Assembly: GCF_006345805.1 (NCBI RefSeq)
Contig: NC_043014.1
Span: forward strand, 34,906,001-34,970,000
Reading direction: 5' to 3'
DNA from: Octopus sinensis
Lineage: Eukaryota
Length of the DNA stretch: 64,000 nucleotides
Under the pieces are notes generated by a model, which had not been told where the DNA came from, made no database searches, and saw only the letters and a program-made list of their open reading frames with translations. Both the position numbers and the translations under genes were made by a program. Shown piece after piece: positions 1 through 14,843 of this stretch (positions are counted from its first letter, which is position 1; each line of letters starts with the position of its first letter).

Positions 1-39
1 AGTTTATTTCAGTAGTTTCGAAAAAGAAGAGTGGAGTTA

Positions 40-260
40 TATTGTTATTGTTTAGCCTCAAATCAATCCTGACTGACTAGACCTATATATGATGAAAGGC
101 ATTCCTATCATGCTTCCTACCTTTTTTTTTCAGAATGCGTATCTAAGACATCATCATCCAGTTTGTCTGTGCATTGTTTTAAGTCAGTTGCTTGTGATTT
201 GAAGGTTTAGCTGCTGTTTCTAACAGCTAGACCACCATGTAGGGGATCCTTTATTTGACT
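40..260 (-). mobile_element. Old, diverged SINE-like family (also ~960-1180, 13195-13320, 15580-15850, 23400-23600, 45790-45915, 48470-48650)
   Basis: Recurring tgttgtttagc...ggtca.cctgat...atgatcaaagg...gatttg...gctgct.tttctagcag. Confidence 0.55.
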
Positions 261-1882
261 CCAATGTGTATTTGATAGTTGTTATAGCCACTTTTAACTT
301 AGGTTTGTTCAAATATATTGGCATACATGTGAATAACAAATATCTATAATTAGCACTGATTGTGGGTGTATAGTAGAATAGCTGAAATATATAAAAACTT
401 ACAAAATATCCATTATAATTCTTGTTGCTGATTACTCTTGTAATTTATTTTAAAAATGCAGTAAATGTTAGTAGCAAGTTTTTTTTTTTTAATTTCATTT
501 CTTTAGCTTGACTGTTTATCATGAATACCAGCCCAATGTAGAGTTACATACTGCGAAAGTATATATTAGTAGTGTGTTAACTGACATCCTTTAAATGACT
601 TGGTGAGAGGTGAAAGGGCATCCCACAAGACCCTCTCTTTTTCAAGGTCTTTAATATTGGTGAGCAGAAGGGGGAGGTTATCTTTGGACTGGAGATCTAA
701 CCTGAAAGCTGCTAAAGGAAACCTTCTACATGTGAACCTTACCACATTGCCATTCCTGCACAAATTATTTCTGTCTTATAAAACAATTCTATTGCATTGC
801 TTTTTATCTTTTATGTGGAGTTTGCTCCAGTAAAGGCTACCTGAGCTGATAGTGATGGCCTTCTGACTAACAAGTCCTCTGTTAGTATCTTGTCTCTAAT
901 GCTGCACTATGTTAGTAAAATATTGAACACCTACTGACTTAGTGCATCTAACTGCAAGAAGGTTGTTGTGGTTTGGACTCAGGTCAATTCTGCCAAGCAG
1001 ATATATGATCAAAGGCATTAGAGTTGCAACCATCCTATGTTTTTTTGTTAGCCATTATCTGTCCGGAACTACATTATCCAGTGAGTCATTACTTCAGTAA
1101 GATAATGTGAGAGAGAGGATAATTTGAGGGAAATTTGGCTGCTGTGTCTGGGAGGGCCAGCAATCATGCAAAGACATCTTTGCGTAATCCCAAATGAAGT
1201 TCTTGTAATACAAGGGCTATAAACAAATATCTATATTAAAAATTTCTCCAAGATATCCTCTGTAAGTTTTTGTAAGTTTGTAAGTTTTTGTCCCTTCAAA
1301 TATTTATATATGTAGGTAGGTTTTCTCAACCTATACAATGTGGGGAAAAGAGGATTTTTTGCTGAAGTTTTATTTTGCTCTTATAATTTTCTTTTATCAT
1401 CTGTATTAATTACATTTGAATATGACTCAATAAGCCATTATATTTAACACAGGAATATTTAGTTTGAAGTATCTCAGCTAGTTCAGATGATAGGCCAATG
1501 AACTACATGCTGTTCACATTTGGTGTGAAAAGAAAATGTGCTATGTTTTCTCTGCAACTCTAGCCAATATTTGACTTTGCCTTCTAGTGACAATCAGTTA
1601 CATTGCTATTTTGCTATTTCTTTTGATGAAAGCATGAACATTACAGACTCACAATCATTCCTCCTCTCCATTCCTCTTATACCAAGGTTGTATCTCAACT
1701 AGAAATCAAATACCAATTTAATCCTCCCTTTTTTTTTTTTCTTTCTTCCTTTTGTTTTTGCATTGCAACAGTAGAATTCTGTTGCTTTAGAGAGTAAATA
1801 ATTCAGAAATGCCATCTACATGGAAAAACAATAGTTATGTTAATGTTAACATATTTAATAACTGAAACATTAAAGAGACTAA

Positions 1883-1929
<47 letters not shown>

Positions 1930-2253
1930 TGCAATGAAGAAAAATGATATTCATAAATTATGTATTCTCCTGCAAGTATTGGAGATAATATTGGACATTT
2001 CAGGTCTATTCTGATTAAATAACTGATGAGGTCAGTTAGTGCACTCATCATATTTAAAATCTACCTGTTCAGGGCCAATCCGAGGTTAAACAACAACTGA
2101 CTTGTGTTTCATCAATAGTTGAATGCTTTAATAGTTGAGTGGACATCTGGAAATATTTGAAGTCAGAACAATAAGGTAACAAACCAGATTAATGTCTCTG
2201 TTTTGGTTCTTTGATGTCTATTCCAAATTCACCATCATAGCAATAATAATAAT

Positions 2254-2284
<31 letters not shown>

Positions 2285-2744
2285 GTAATGATAATAATGA
2301 TAATAATAATAATAATAATTGTAAAAGATGGGCTACAACAAATATTCTGCTCAATACCACAGATTTACTTGTCAGTTGCTTGACCCTAACCAGTTGAGCA
2401 TGTCCCCTAATGGTTGATGATATGTGCATCTCTGATCACGAGTAGGAGTAGTGGGGGAGCATCATAGATAAGTGTTCAGATGGATTCTTTGGGATTTGAA
2501 TAATTCACCACTAGAAACATGGGTGTTTTGTACATCATCCTTAAACAACCCTTATTCAGGGACCTTTTAAGTGGGATGGGCTACTAACTGGGGCCCTGCC
2601 CTCAAAGTCTTGCACTATTTATTTTGACATGGGCCACCATGTTGCACATATATGGTTATCAGATGGGCTGTCATGACAGGTATATTGGGCATCATATTTT
2701 TGTATCTCAGAGGCACTTTGATGGTGTGTACTGCTCTCTCACTC

Positions 2745-2787
<43 letters not shown>

Positions 2788-4339
2788 GAAAATGGCATCT
2801 GAGGGGTGATGCATACCTTGTGTGCAGATAAATTAAAAGAATTTTTTTTTAATCCAAAAATATAATTGAAGTTAAATGAAATATGGTGAAAGAAATGAAA
2901 GAACCAGGTATGTTGAAGAAGCTTCTTATATTTCAACAGGTTTTCACAAAAACATTAAAATACAAGTTGGCAAAGAAATTTGAATGTTATTTTAAGGGGT
3001 TTGGAATTAAGATTAAGAAAAAATAACATAAAAGGAAGTTTCTCCAATTTTTCACTAAAGAATCATGCGTGTTCCAAACAAGAAAATCTAATAGTTTTAC
3101 AGTGAAATGCTAAAATACAAAGAAAATCAAAGGTTGTTTTGGTAAGTTCAACATACAATTTGTATATGAGCAAAACTTGCTTTTGACTAAATATATGCTT
3201 ATTCAAATAATAATCATGATTAGGAAAAAGAAAGTGAACAAAATGAAATACTTATGGAAAATATTGCATAGAATTTGAGTGTTTTCAATGTCTTTCAATG
3301 ATGGCGAATCAAATGTACTGTAGTGTGTATATAAAGGGAAGACAGCAGTATGTGTGTATTATATCCCTTCAATACTCCCTTCATGCTTAATTGTATGTCC
3401 TTTCAGCCACTACATGTACATGTACAAGGAATAAAAAAATCAACTCCTAAAGACACACTTGGCTTGTATGTGCACACAATCATAAACATAGACACACAAT
3501 ACTTCTGCACAACTCGGAAACACATGTACACTTAAATGGACATCCTCAAACACTTCACCCACATGCACATATTACTTACATACATTACATCACTCACACC
3601 ATACACACACATGCAAATGCACCATGGATATATAGATGCAAATTTAGTTAGTTGTAATTTATTTTGTCAATTAATCAAACTGTTCAGATTGATCGCTTTT
3701 GTGATCAATGACTTTTGTAATTGATTTTAGGTATAATTGGGAGAAACTGCGACAATTTATTTATACCTATTGATTATAAATTTTACCAAACTTAAACACA
3801 ACCATTTGGACATTGTGTACACACACACACACACACACATACACACACACACGTATGTGTGATTAAGGTGAAGGTATGGCTGTATGGTTAAGAAGTCTGC
3901 TTCACAATCATGTGGTATTGGGTTCAGTCCCGTGGTATAGCACCTAGGGCAAGTGTTTGTACAGCAGTGCCAGGTTGATCAATGCTTTGTGAGTGAATTT
4001 TAAAATGTACATGTGCATGCACGTGTATGTATCTTTGTGTACATTTGCACTTTTTAAAAGCACATGGATGTTGTTGTCATTTCCCTTATTGACAAATTGT
4101 TTACTGCTTCTTTGCTTTTGAAGATACATGAAGCACAAGTAAGGATAAATGACAGGAAGGGCACCCAGTTGTAAAATAATGCTCCAATAATATTTACATC
4201 TAACTCATGCTAGCAGGGAAAAGCAGGTGTAAAACAAATGTATATACATATTCATACATACACACACAAGCATATATACATTGAGAAAATTCTCTCAATT
4301 AATTGCAATTAGTGCTCTGCGAACCCAAGACCATCACAT

Positions 4340-4376
<37 letters not shown>

Positions 4377-4407
4377 TGCATATGCACACATATACATGTA
4401 CACATAC

Positions 4408-4641
4408 CTATTTTTTTACTACCCACAAGGGGCCAAACACAGAGAAGACAAACAAGGACAGACAAACGGTTCAAGTCGATTATATCGACCCCAGTGCGTA
4501 ACTGGTACTTATTTAGTCGACCCCAAAAGGATGAAAGGCAAAGTCGACCTCGGTGGAATTTGAACTCAGAATGTAGCGGCAGACAAAATACTGCTAAGCA
4601 TTTCGCTCGGCGTGCTAACGTTTCAGCCAGCTCGCCGCCTT
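4408..4641 (-). mobile_element. SINE family A (other copies ~19680-19910, 19920-20135, 24373-24606, 54380-54560, 57170-57385, 62219-62503)
   Basis: Same sequence as 43244-43476; imperfect TSD tgtacacata.cta. Confidence 0.88.
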
Positions 4642-4753
4642 ATGTACACATATCTATGCTCACATACATGTGCAAGTGTCTTCTTTCCAAAGTCTTGTAG
4701 TTGAGAATGCCTTGTAAGTAGAATTTGGAAGTTAGTAAACTATGTGAAAGCCC

Positions 4754-4796
<43 letters not shown>

Positions 4797-5120
4797 ACTC
4801 ACACACACACACACACACGTGTGGGCTTCCATATAATCTTAATCTACCAAGTTTCACTTCGAAGGTATTTGTTATCTACAACTGTAGGGGAAGGCACTTG
4901 TCCAAGGTGTCCTGCAGTGAAACTGAACTTGACACCATGTAGTTGTGAAGCAAACTTCTTAATATAGTTTTGCATTCACTAACGTGTATGATATTTAGAC
5001 ACACATACAATATATATATATATATATATACATGTCTCTCTCTATATATCTGTCTATCTATCTATCTATCTATCTACACATACATACATACACATATATA
5101 CACACATTAGACACATCCAT

Positions 5121-5240
<120 letters not shown>

Positions 5241-5710
5241 CATTTATGTAAACTTTTTTGTTTCTCTTTTGATAAAATTGTTTTAGCAACCATTTATGAA
5301 CTGAATTCTTTTACATTTGGAATGGGTGGGATACAGAAAAGAAGAAGGTAAAAAAATAAATAAAGGATAAGAAGAAAAACAGCCAGGAAAATCTCTGGCA
5401 ATTTAAATGTATAACTTATGAATTAATGGAGGACATATTTGAATAATATCTAGTAGACCGTGCTACATATTCATCTTGTACATTAAGAAGAACAAACAAG
5501 GCCGCAATATATGTGATTATTTAACATTAATATATTTAAATGAAATTCTAATTGTCCTGTTGCAAAAACATGTTGGCTAATTTGAATATATAAAACATCT
5601 TTTATCGATTTAGTACTACACAGCAACGACATTTGAATATTTCTGAATATATATATATGCAAAAAAAAAAAATTAATAATGTATGTATGTATATACATGT
5701 GCATGCACAT

Positions 5711-5741
<31 letters not shown>

Positions 5742-5924
5742 CATGCATGCGCACATGCATATGTGTATACATATGTAATTCACATAGCCTCGCAACAAAA
5801 TGGGTTTGAGTTGGATCCCACTGAGCAGCAAGTACCAGGGGCAAGTGTTTTCTTGTACAGCCTTGGATTGGCCAATATTACCTTGTGAGTGAAATTTGTG
5901 GACAAAACTGTGCTGAAGCTCACT

Positions 5925-6004
<80 letters not shown>

Positions 6005-6831
6005 ATGCATGTGTTAGTGTATATGATTGTAAATTGGTGCATTGAGTTATGTAGTTATGTTATGCCTCACCCTAAGAAAAACCTAGACATTCAATAAATA
6101 CGAATCAATAAAATATGTACTAGAATGGTGTATGTGTGTGTGTGTGCATACGAGTGCCTGCACCTATTATTATGTACAAACTAGGTACATGGATGTGCCC
6201 CCCCGCCACTGTGTAAACTTAAGTTCTTCATCATTACCACCACCACCACCATCATCATCGTTTAACGTTTGCCTTCCATGCTGGCATGAGTTGAACAGTT
6301 GGACAGGAGTTAGCCAAGCAGAAGGCTGCACCAGACTTCTGTGTCTGTTTTGGCATGGTTTTACAGCTGGATGCCTTCCTAACACCAACCACCCCACAGA
6401 GTGGACTGAGTGCTTTTTACATGGTTTTACAGCTGGATACCCTTCCAAATGCCAACCACTTCACAGTGTCTTATAGTTAGGATTTGGCCACACATATGTA
6501 TTTAGGATTGAACTTATAAACTATAGGAAATCCTATAAAGAAACAGTTTCTTATTTAATATGGCTATTTTTTGTTTTTGTTTAAAAAGAGTTTATTACAG
6601 CTATCTGCTATCTGAATAAGGGTTGCAGTTTGGTTATTCGAATGGGCGAAGGTATACAGTGTCCTGTCTCTTTCTCTTGACAGTGATCTTGTTGAAGGAC
6701 TTGCTGCCTTAATATACCAAGTAGGTATCTTGTTAAGGCTCAGTTCACTGTTTAATTGATATGTATTTTAGTTTGCAGTGTTGGGTTACAAATTTTGCAT
6801 GGGGATGTGTATGTTTTACTAAGTTCATTCC

Positions 6832-7036
6832 TTAACTCTTTTGATATCAGCCTACCTCAAACTGTCTCTGGTTCTCTGATACAAATTCACTGTTTTAAAG
6901 TGGTCTAAATTAAAACTACCATCAAAATTTCATGTTAATTTGTATTCCAGACACTAGCTTCATGACAACAAAGTTATTTTAATAAATTCTTCATTAGGCA
7001 GTATATTTTAACATATACATGATGCCAAAGGGTTAA
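6832..7036. mobile_element. Second TTAA-flanked MITE
   Basis: TTAACTCTTTTGATATC ... GATGCCAAAGGGTTAA termini; a decayed relative at ~8585-8820. Confidence 0.55.
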
Positions 7037-7229
7037 ATACATTACCTACATGAGCCAACAAATAGTTTCTATATGTGGTAGTCCTTCATATCGAAAAAGA
7101 AAAAAAGATGGGATGGTTACTGGTGAAGCACCAGGACCAATCAGGGCTGATCTGGATCAAAACAACACCAACACTACAATTCAAGTAGTATTTTTATAAC
7201 TTAATCTTTAGGTTCAGTTAGTTCCTTTG

Positions 7230-7460
7230 ATCATCATCATCATCATTGTTTAATGTCCGTTTTCCATGCTAGCATGGGTTGGACGATTTTAACTGAGGGC
7301 TGGCAACCAGATGGCTGCACCAGGCTCCAGTCTTGATCTGGCAGAGTTTCTACAGCTGGATGCCCTTCCTAATGCCAACCACTCCAAGAGTGTAGTGGGT
7401 GCTTTTTACGTGCCACCTGCACGGGGGCCAGTCAGTCAGGCGGTACTGGTAATGACATAA
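7230..7460 (-). mobile_element. RTE 3' tail copy (older copies also at ~6230-6470, 29900-30160, 44560-44860, 60120-60320, 63365-63530)
   Basis: (CAT)n gtttaatgtccgttttccatgctagcatggg...ctggatgcccttcctaatgccaaccac. Confidence 0.8.
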
Positions 7461-7729
7461 ATTTGTAGAGTAGCTGAACTACTCTTAGTATGGGATTGGT
7501 ATTTATTTTATGTTGACTTTGTAGAGAAGAAAAGAAAAGTGGATCCCAGTGTGATTTGAACTTCAGTGTAGAAGGAAGAAACTAAATACTTTCAGGTGTT
7601 CAGTCTAATGTCTCATCATCATCATTTCAGCCTATCTGATCCCTTCTCCCAATGATAACTATTAGAGAGCCTTTGTATGGTGTCTACTAAAAACAGTGGC
7701 TAACCTTCCTCAGATCATTTCTTACAGTC

Positions 7730-7949
7730 TTAACCTTTCAGCATGCAGATTACTCTGTCAAATGTAGTGCTTATTCACATTGTTTTGAACTAATCATGCA
7801 TTCTCTTGTAGCTATGAGATTTCAATGATGTGATTGTTTATTTTTAAAATGACATAGGGTAGGTGTGAGAGGCAGGATCTGGCCAGTTTGAACATAAAAA
7901 ATGTAGAATATTTTGGCTGGATATGGCCAGTTTAAATACTGAAGGTTAA
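7730..7949. mobile_element. TTAA-flanked (piggyBac-type) MITE; further copies 12872-13098 and 28330-28556 in the opposite orientation
   Basis: TTAA-CCTTTCAGCAT ... ATACTGAAGG-TTAA termini; internal ggtaggtgtgaga shared by three copies. Confidence 0.75.
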
Positions 7950-9678
7950 ATAATGAAAGGACACATTAGATAATGAGTTTTAGCGTATTGAGTGTGTATA
8001 AGAAGATGAAGACAATTTATCAAAAAGAAAAAAAAATCCCATAACACCCTGTAGAAGGGTGTTATGTTCACTGTTATCATCATTGTGGCTAGCTCTTCCT
8101 CCAACTACTACAGTGGTGGTCATACTGAACTATGAATAAGCAAAGCAAAATGAGTGTTTGTAGAAATAAATGTATATAATGAAAATGTCTGAGGATAACC
8201 CTTCTTTTCCACTCCAGGCAATGGGGGTAGCCATTTAAATATTCTGAAGCCTTTTCTTTGTTAAAAGAAGAAAGCATAATTTTTTTTTCCAATCAATAAT
8301 CCTGAAAGAAATTACCTTTTCAATAGAGTTCTGTAAATGCCTGCATCCATGACAACAACAATAATAAAAATAATCTTTTCTTGGTACAAGTGCAACAGAT
8401 GAGAGAGGATATTATGAGAACCTGTTAAAAAATGTATGGTTGTTTATACAAATTGGATGAATAAAATAAAAGTAAAAAAGAGAGGGGGTGGGGAAATAGT
8501 GTACACTACATACAGAAATAACAAGCTCTCTCTTCTACCTATAAAGAATAAGTATGTAGAACAGTTGAAACCCAAACTGAATCCTGTTTAATACCACTCT
8601 GTTTTAGTCTGTATCTGGTTCCATTATGCAAATGATACAAAGCCAGTCATTTTAAAGTGTTCTTATTTAAGTTTGAGCCTTCTATCATAATTTCATGAAA
8701 GCCCCTTTTTTATGTTACAAACTTTAGATTAATAATGACTAAAATTTATTTTAGTAAGTTCTTTCAAAATTCTTGATTGTTTACAAAATTAATTGAGACA
8801 GATAGGCAGTGTGTTACATTAAAAGAGTTTCTGTTGTATACCTGAGTTGTCTGTTGATTTTCATTTCCAAGTGTTTCTTTCTTTGTTATAATTCTATGAG
8901 AAAAGATCAATGAAGAAATGCTGGTGGTGTGTTTTTGATTAGAGTGGGTCCTGATTTGGCAGAAAGTGACCCAAGCTTTGTGGTCTCAAAGACATCCTTT
9001 GTGGCACATCTGAAATGTGACATACAGGATCAGGCAAAGAAACTGCAATGGACTACTGTTAACACAGGTGTTGTTTTAGTTGTGTATTCTTGGCCAGTTC
9101 ATTTGGCATTAACAAAAAGGGACAAGAAAAAACAAGGACGGGTCATTCGGAGTTTTCTTTCATCAGTCGAGTTCCAGATTATCTTTGTAGTTTCAGCTGG
9201 TTATACTTGAGACTGCTCCAATCTGGCCAGCCCCAAGAGCACTAGATTCCTTGGAAGAGCACTAAGCTAAGAGCACTAGATTCCTTAGAAGAAAGCAGCA
9301 AATGTATACGAAAACAAGGACAGAAAATAAAAAACGGAGAAATGGTACACAGATACAAATGCAGACAACAGGACATTAACAGATGTCTTTTGACTAAGGA
9401 TGAATTAAATTAAGCTGGCGTGTGTGGAAGTGAAGCCTTACAGCAGGGACATAAGAGATAACAGGCATGGAAAGGAATATAGATGTTGCACGGATGGTAG
9501 TTGAATAAATAAATAGATAGATAGATAGATATTTGTTTTATTCTTTCGTATGCTTACATATGGATGGCATCCCATAGTGTGAGGTAAAATCTGAGTAAAT
9601 CAAGTCTATTGCTTGCATGCATCTCCTTTGTTTTACTTATATTCTTAAGAGGGTCTTTTTCTCTTTCTTTTCTTTTTT

Positions 9679-10020
9679 GGGGTGGGGCTTAGTCAAAGGA
9701 GGAAGTGTAGTGCTCAGGACATTTTTCAGGTCATCTGAAATGAGTGTGAGGAAGGGAAGAAAGTGTAGTGACGTCATTCTTCAGTGTGCGTGTGCAGGGC
9801 TGGAACCTTTTGGAAAGGCCTAAGGAAGTTCCCTCATGCACCTGCGCTAAAAACTGGGGGAAAAAATTCTATCGCATTCCTTGTTAGCGTCGGTGATTTG
9901 AGACACGGCTATCGAAGAGAGAAGACGTGTTTAACGAAATAAAGTGTCATATTTTCTAAGGTTGCTTTCTTGTTCCTGATGCTGGTAGTTTTTGGAAACA
10001 AAGAAGGAAATTGTGTTGCA
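9679..10020 (+). other. CpG-retaining regulatory-like segment (alternative promoter or solo-LTR-like)
   Basis: GGGGTGGGGC 9679-9688, AGGAAGTG (ETS-type) 9700-9707, perfect CRE TGACGTCA 9769-9776, several intact CpGs, AATAAA 9938-9943; TGTAGTG start at 9706 and TGCA end at 10020 but no TSD found. Confidence 0.3.
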
Positions 10021-10361
10021 CCCAAACAGTGCAAAAGATCACTCAAAACTATGAATGGTCTTTCCTGTGGGGCTTCCTCTCATTTTCCTGTCTATCAAAT
10101 TTCACTCACAAGCCATTGATTAATCTGAGCCTGAGGTGTAAGAAATTTGCTTCAAATGAAACTTCTCCATTTTTATATGGCAAGCATCATATAATATGAA
10201 ATAGTATACTAGTAAATTGACTTGAATGATTCTTTTTTAATTTGTGTTCTTGAGAAAATTACAAACATTACAATAGCCAAATCCTTCCTTCAAGTTAATA
10301 GTGTTGCTCACTTCATTGTGCATCACTACCATCATTCTCCCCAATTCTCATCCAAAATATT

Positions 10362-10710
10362 CATCATCATCATCGTTTAACGTCCGTTTTCCATGCTAGC
10401 ATGGGTTGGACGGTTCAACTGGGGTCTGGGAAACCAGAAGGCTGCGCCAGGCCCAGTCTGATCTGGCAGTGTTTCTACAGCTGGATGCCCTTCCTAACGC
10501 CAACCACTCCGTGAATGTAGTGGGTGCTTTTTACATGCCACCTGCACAAGTGCCAGACGAGGCTGGCAAACGGCCACGATCGGATGGTGCTTTTTATGTG
10601 CCACCGGCACAGGTGCCAGATGAGGCTGGCAAACAGCCACGATCGGATGGTGCTTTTTACGTGCCACTGGCACGGGGGCCAGACGAGGCTGGCAACGGCC
10701 ACAATCGATC
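10362..10710 (-). mobile_element. RTE 3' tail copy with three ~60-bp units
   Basis: (CAT)n gtttaacgtccgttttccatgctagcatggg...; unit tgctttt.acgtgcca...gaggctggcaaac.gccacgatcggatgg repeated. Confidence 0.85.
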
Positions 10711-11059
10711 CAAAATATTGGACTACCAAAAGAAAATTTAGGTTCTGCTGTTTTGTCTTGTTTGTTTCATTCATTGTCTATTCTGGTGCCCCATAAAAAT
10801 ACTGAGGCTAGAAGGTCCACATTTTGTATTATCTATGATTATGTGGTAGATTAGTAATGTTTTATTTTGCTCTTCAAAATGTTGCTTTTTATTTGTTATT
10901 TTGATATTAATTACCCTGTCCAGCTCTATTCAACATGTCATGTACAGACAGAGTTACAGGTTATATAGAATGCAAAATCATTTACACACACACACATACA
11001 CATGCATGTGCAAAAGAAAATGTAATGGAAATATGCTCACACCCGTATAGGTACCTAGC

Positions 11060-11555
11060 AACACAATTTCTATTAGATATTTGTTAGCAGTACAAAATGC
11101 ATTCAAATATTGACCATATATGTAGAGAAATACTCTCTCTCTCTCCCACTCACACATGTGCACCCATGCACACAGAACAAGATAATTTCTGTTAGATATT
11201 TGTGACCATAACAGCAGTACTAAATGTGTTCAAATAATGACCACACATGTAGAGATGCATTGACATACAGATATACAGTTATTCAGTCAAATAAATTCCT
11301 GTTAAATATTTGTCAGCATAACAGTTAGTAGTACAAACTATATTCAAATGTTGACCACACATTGTAGAGATACATTTACACACATATATAGTTACATAAG
11401 TAATACAATTTCTATTTGATATTTTATAACCATACTAGTTAGTAGTACAAAATATATTCAGATATTGACCACACATGTAGAGATACATTCATAAACATAT
11501 ACAGTTATGCAGCAATATAATTTCTCTTATTTGTGTCCATAATAGTATTACAATG
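11060..11555. repeat. Diverged minisatellite, ~110-120-bp unit, ~4.3 copies
   Basis: aatt(t/c)ct.tt...atattt...agtac.aa...ttca.at..tgacca.a.atgtagaga recurs at ~11065, 11184, 11294, 11407, with a partial unit at ~11519. Confidence 0.8.
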
Positions 11556-11566
11556 TACAATGTATA

Positions 11567-11613
<47 letters not shown>

Positions 11614-11642
11614 TTACATATATATATATATATATAATATAT

Positions 11643-11690
<48 letters not shown>

Positions 11691-14542
11691 ACATACATAC
11701 ATACATACATACATACATACATAATACATACATACATCATCATCATCATCATCATATATATGATATTTCTTTTGCTTTCATTGATTGAGCTTTTGATTAA
11801 TATTGGGTCAGATATGTCTTCCAATTACATAACTAAACAGGAGGTGAACATGGCCCTTGTTAATAGATACTTTTGTATTAAGCAATTAAATCCAAGGGTT
11901 TTAGTTGATCACACTGACCTCAATTAATTTTATTGTCTGGTAGTTATTTTATTGATATCTATCACATCACTAAGTTACATTTGGCATGAATGAAAACACA
12001 GACATCCTCCTCCTCCTTCCTGCTCCTGCTCTCCTTTCCATCCTCTCCTTCTTCTCTCCCCTCCTACCCCATCCTCTTCCCCTTCTCCTCCCCTCCTTTC
12101 CTCATTACCCTCTTCTCCTCATCATCCTCCTTTCCTCATCACCACTTATTCCCCCTGTCCCTTCCTCATCAGCCACCACTACTATCTTTATTTTTGCACT
12201 TGCATTTACATTCTTGTACAAATTGGACAATTTGTCATGGGCCAAATCAGTTTTAATTCAAAGCTAATGTCCTTGGGAATCACATCTCAGTCATATGCCC
12301 CATTTTTGATGTTTCCTACTACGTGATGCCCTTCCTATTGCCAATCAATTTACAATGTGTACTGGGATAGTATCTTTAGTGGCAGCTGTACTAGAAAGGT
12401 TGCCTTCTCCCATGCAAGTCTAGAGTCTTTTCTACCCTACATTCTCATTATTCACCAATCACTTTACAGAGTGTACTATATTCATTTTACTAGAAGAGGC
12501 TGTCATGTCTTTAACAAGACTAGAATCTTCTCTACAATATGATGTCTCTGTTCATTTGTTCCCTAGCATCAGTGGAGGTTGTTTCATCCTTTGCAGTTAA
12601 AGGAGAGAATGATGAAGGAGGACCATAGTGAGAGGTTGACAGGGGACAAATCAAAGAGAGCCAGTGTAGTAGAAGCAAAAGGATAAGAGAGAATAAGGAG
12701 GAAAAGAGAAAGGGAGTGATAGAAAAGGTGAGTGATAGATGAGACAGTAATGGAAAATAGTGGGGAATTGAGTGTTTGTATATTTACTTGTGTGTGTATG
12801 TTCATGTGTTTATGTATACACGCACGTGCACACATACACACACACAACACGTTTTCTGCATAGTTTCTTGGATAACCCTTTACTATTTAAACCGGCCATC
12901 TCCGACCAAAATAGCTAATCTGTTTTATGTTCAAACTGACCAGATCCAGGCTCTCACACCTACCCTACAATGTTATTCTACATTAAGTAATTACACCATC
13001 AAGCTCTTGAAGATATGCGATAATGCATGATTAATTCAAATTAATGGGAATCAATAGGCATTATGTTTGATTGAATAATCTGAACACTGAAGGGTTAACT
13101 ATTGATTCACAGTTGGATTGAACCTAGAACCATGTGATTGCTAAGCAAATTTGACCTACATAGTTATTAAATAAGTCAATAACATATTGTTATTGATGTT
13201 GTTGTTTAGCCCAAGGTCAACTCTAATCAAATGTATCTATAATAATCAAAGTTGTTCCAGCTATGACTACCCTGTTTTTTTTATCCAGGTATAGTACATC
13301 AAGGACTCTAATATCAGATGTGTGACATGCAACTTTAGAAATAGTGTTCTTGCATATTTGTTTCATCAGTTGTCTCTGTTTCAACTGTATTTAATTCATG
13401 TTCATTGACTGCCTAAAAGTTACAGCTAGATATATCATAGTTCATATATTGTTACCATATAAAGTATATCTGGCAACTAGCTAGGGAGCTTGGAGCTTAT
13501 ATATTATTACTAGGCTACATTTTCCAAAGCCAACACACTCAGTGTTCAACAGTATAAGCTGTAAGCATTTTATAGGAAAAACATAGTGACAAATCTTCAT
13601 GAAAAGATTATATTTGTTATTCACTCATATATAGTTAGCTGCACAGTAACTCCTATTTTACAAAAGCCACACACAGAAACTGTCTATCCATACAGTAAAT
13701 TACTACACATTGGATCACACAGGATGGTTTTCAACCAGATGGAGACATGATATATCTGGAGCACTGAATCTGTAAGTTGCATTTAGTCTTCTAATCTTTG
13801 CCAAACAACTGTCTATGTGTTGTAGTGTTGGCTTGGTAAAAATTGACCATATATTTGTGTGTATATGTAGATTCGTTTGTGTGTGTGTGCGTGCATTCAA
13901 TACATGTACATGTAAGCAACAATATAACTTATTTTCAATTTTATTTCATCCATGGACTTTAATGAATGTTTGAGAATGTTTATGTTCGGATGTCACTTCT
14001 TCACTTAACACAATGGCTTGCCTACACATGTGTAACCAGTAGCATCCTTCCAAAGTTATTTTCAATCATATTCAATCAATGCATATGAATATGCAGATAA
14101 AGCATGCCTAAAAAAACACTACAATGCAAGCTTCCTGAAAACCAGGCATGAGAAGCTCCAGAATATATGTTTACAAGTAGTATTACACACACTAGATATT
14201 AACACCTATTTCTGAATGGACAGTTATATAATGATCCATTGCACAACCAAGTGACACTTACTTCTGAGCAAAAGTCATGTAAGATAATTTAAAATGCAAA
14301 GAGCAAAAGTTTAGAACGTATTACTCAGGGATGGAGTTCAAAAACATACAGAGATAGGTGGAGTAGTGTGGTTAATGCTAGCTTTGCAATCCTGTAGACC
14401 TAGATTTGGTCCCACTGCATAAAAGCCATGACCTGTAAGTGTCCCTTTACTAAAGAACATAGTAAAATTTCTGGACCTTGGACCTTTTTCTTAGATTTTG
14501 GGCTGTTAGAGGTTATTTTTGTAAAACATGTTATAAAGTTAA

Positions 14543-14843
14543 AGATGTAAATGTATATTATTAATGTAAAGTGGAATTGAGGAAGACCATGGTCAGAACA
14601 GAACCAAAAAAAAAAAAAATCAATCAATCTAACTGATAAATATTTAAATTAACACACAGTAGGTGAAGAACAGAGTTTTGAACAACTCATCTATCCCTGT
14701 GAATTAATAGACTATAAATGTGCATGTGCATGTGTGTGTGTGTGTGCATACATGCAACTGTTTATGATAAACACTCATTTTTACAATATATTAGGAAAAT
14801 TTTATCTACATACATACTACATAAACATAAATACATACGCATG
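14543..14843 (+). repeat. Left arm of a ~300-bp inverted duplication
   Basis: Reverse complement of 16562-16865 with only a few differences; ORFs 14400-14627(-) and 16784-16975(+) share FFFWFCSDHGLPQFHFTLIIYIYI. Confidence 0.95.
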
